From IMG/VR virus record IMGVR_UViG_3300045988_016520, positions 1 through 13,663 of that record: a DNA stretch of 13,663 nucleotides; one strand, 5' to 3'. Source of the DNA: a virus. Positions 13,579 to 13,663 of this stretch are shown here, piece by piece. The notes below the pieces were generated by a model. The model was not told the DNA's origin. It ran no database searches and was given only the letters and a program-made list of their open reading frames with translations. Each line of letters begins with the position of its first letter. Position 1 is the first letter of the stretch. A program made the translations under genes and the position numbers.

Positions 13579-13663
13579 ACTCCCCTACCCTATGGGGCGT
13601 GGGCACTATATTTTGTGTCTATTGACATTTTGCACAAAAAAATAGGGGGTTGGGGGAAAATTT
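13579..13663. repeat. Right inverted terminal repeat (85 bp)
   Basis: Exact reverse complement of 1-85, ending ...gggggaaaattt-3'. Confidence 0.97.

Larger units (their letters stand above)
1..13663. mobile_element. Complete linear genome of a small phi29-like protein-primed podophage, bounded by ITRs
   Basis: Exact 85-bp inverted repeats sit at the two extreme ends. The interior holds a protein-primed-type PolB plus gp16-like ATPase, gp8-like capsid, gp9-like knob, gp10-like portal and a tail fibre. No host-like flanking genes are present. Confidence 0.85.

Noticed and set aside
13622-13627. Perfect TTGACA hexamer in the right ITR, mirrored on the minus strand in the left ITR
   Set aside because: No -10 element lies 16-19 bp downstream (the sequence there is gggggt). 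It points outward to the genome end, so nothing could be transcribed.

Overview
The window is bounded by a perfect 85-bp inverted terminal repeat (1-85 equals the reverse complement of 13579-13663). It therefore looks like a complete 13,663-bp linear genome rather than a chromosomal fragment. The content fits a very small phi29-like, protein-primed podophage. All roughly 17 genes lie on the + strand and are tightly packed, with GGAGG-type ribosome binding sites and several short overlaps. Left to right the layout is: (1) an AT-rich left end with promoter-like repeats and two tandem small acidic paralogues, one of them missing from the ORF track; (2) three small unknown early genes; (3) a candidate terminal protein directly upstream of, and overlapping, a family-B DNA polymerase with Exo I/II/III, SLYP-like, Kx3NSxYG, YCDTDS and KxY motifs; (4) a Dam-like NPPY N6-adenine methyltransferase; (5) a phi29 gp16-like packaging ATPase; (6) a near-consensus promoter feeding a roughly 75-nt structured RNA leader; (7) a YvrJ-like small membrane protein; (8) a scaffold-like Q-rich protein; (9) a phi29 gp8-like major capsid protein followed by a strong intrinsic terminator; (10) a gp9-like tail knob; (11) an M23 peptidase with a (GP)n linker; (12) a gp10-like portal; (13) a lower-collar candidate; (14) a mosaic tail fibre or depolymerase with 4 x 54-bp in-frame repeats and a pectate-lyase-like beta-helix. 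There is no integrase, tRNA, rRNA or CRISPR array. RBS style, the YvrJ and M23 genes and the fibre N-terminus suggest a Firmicutes (probably Clostridia) host. Local GC content ranges from about 27% to about 68% on hand-counted 60-nt lines, which indicates a mosaic origin. All homology statements are motif recognition from memory, not searches.
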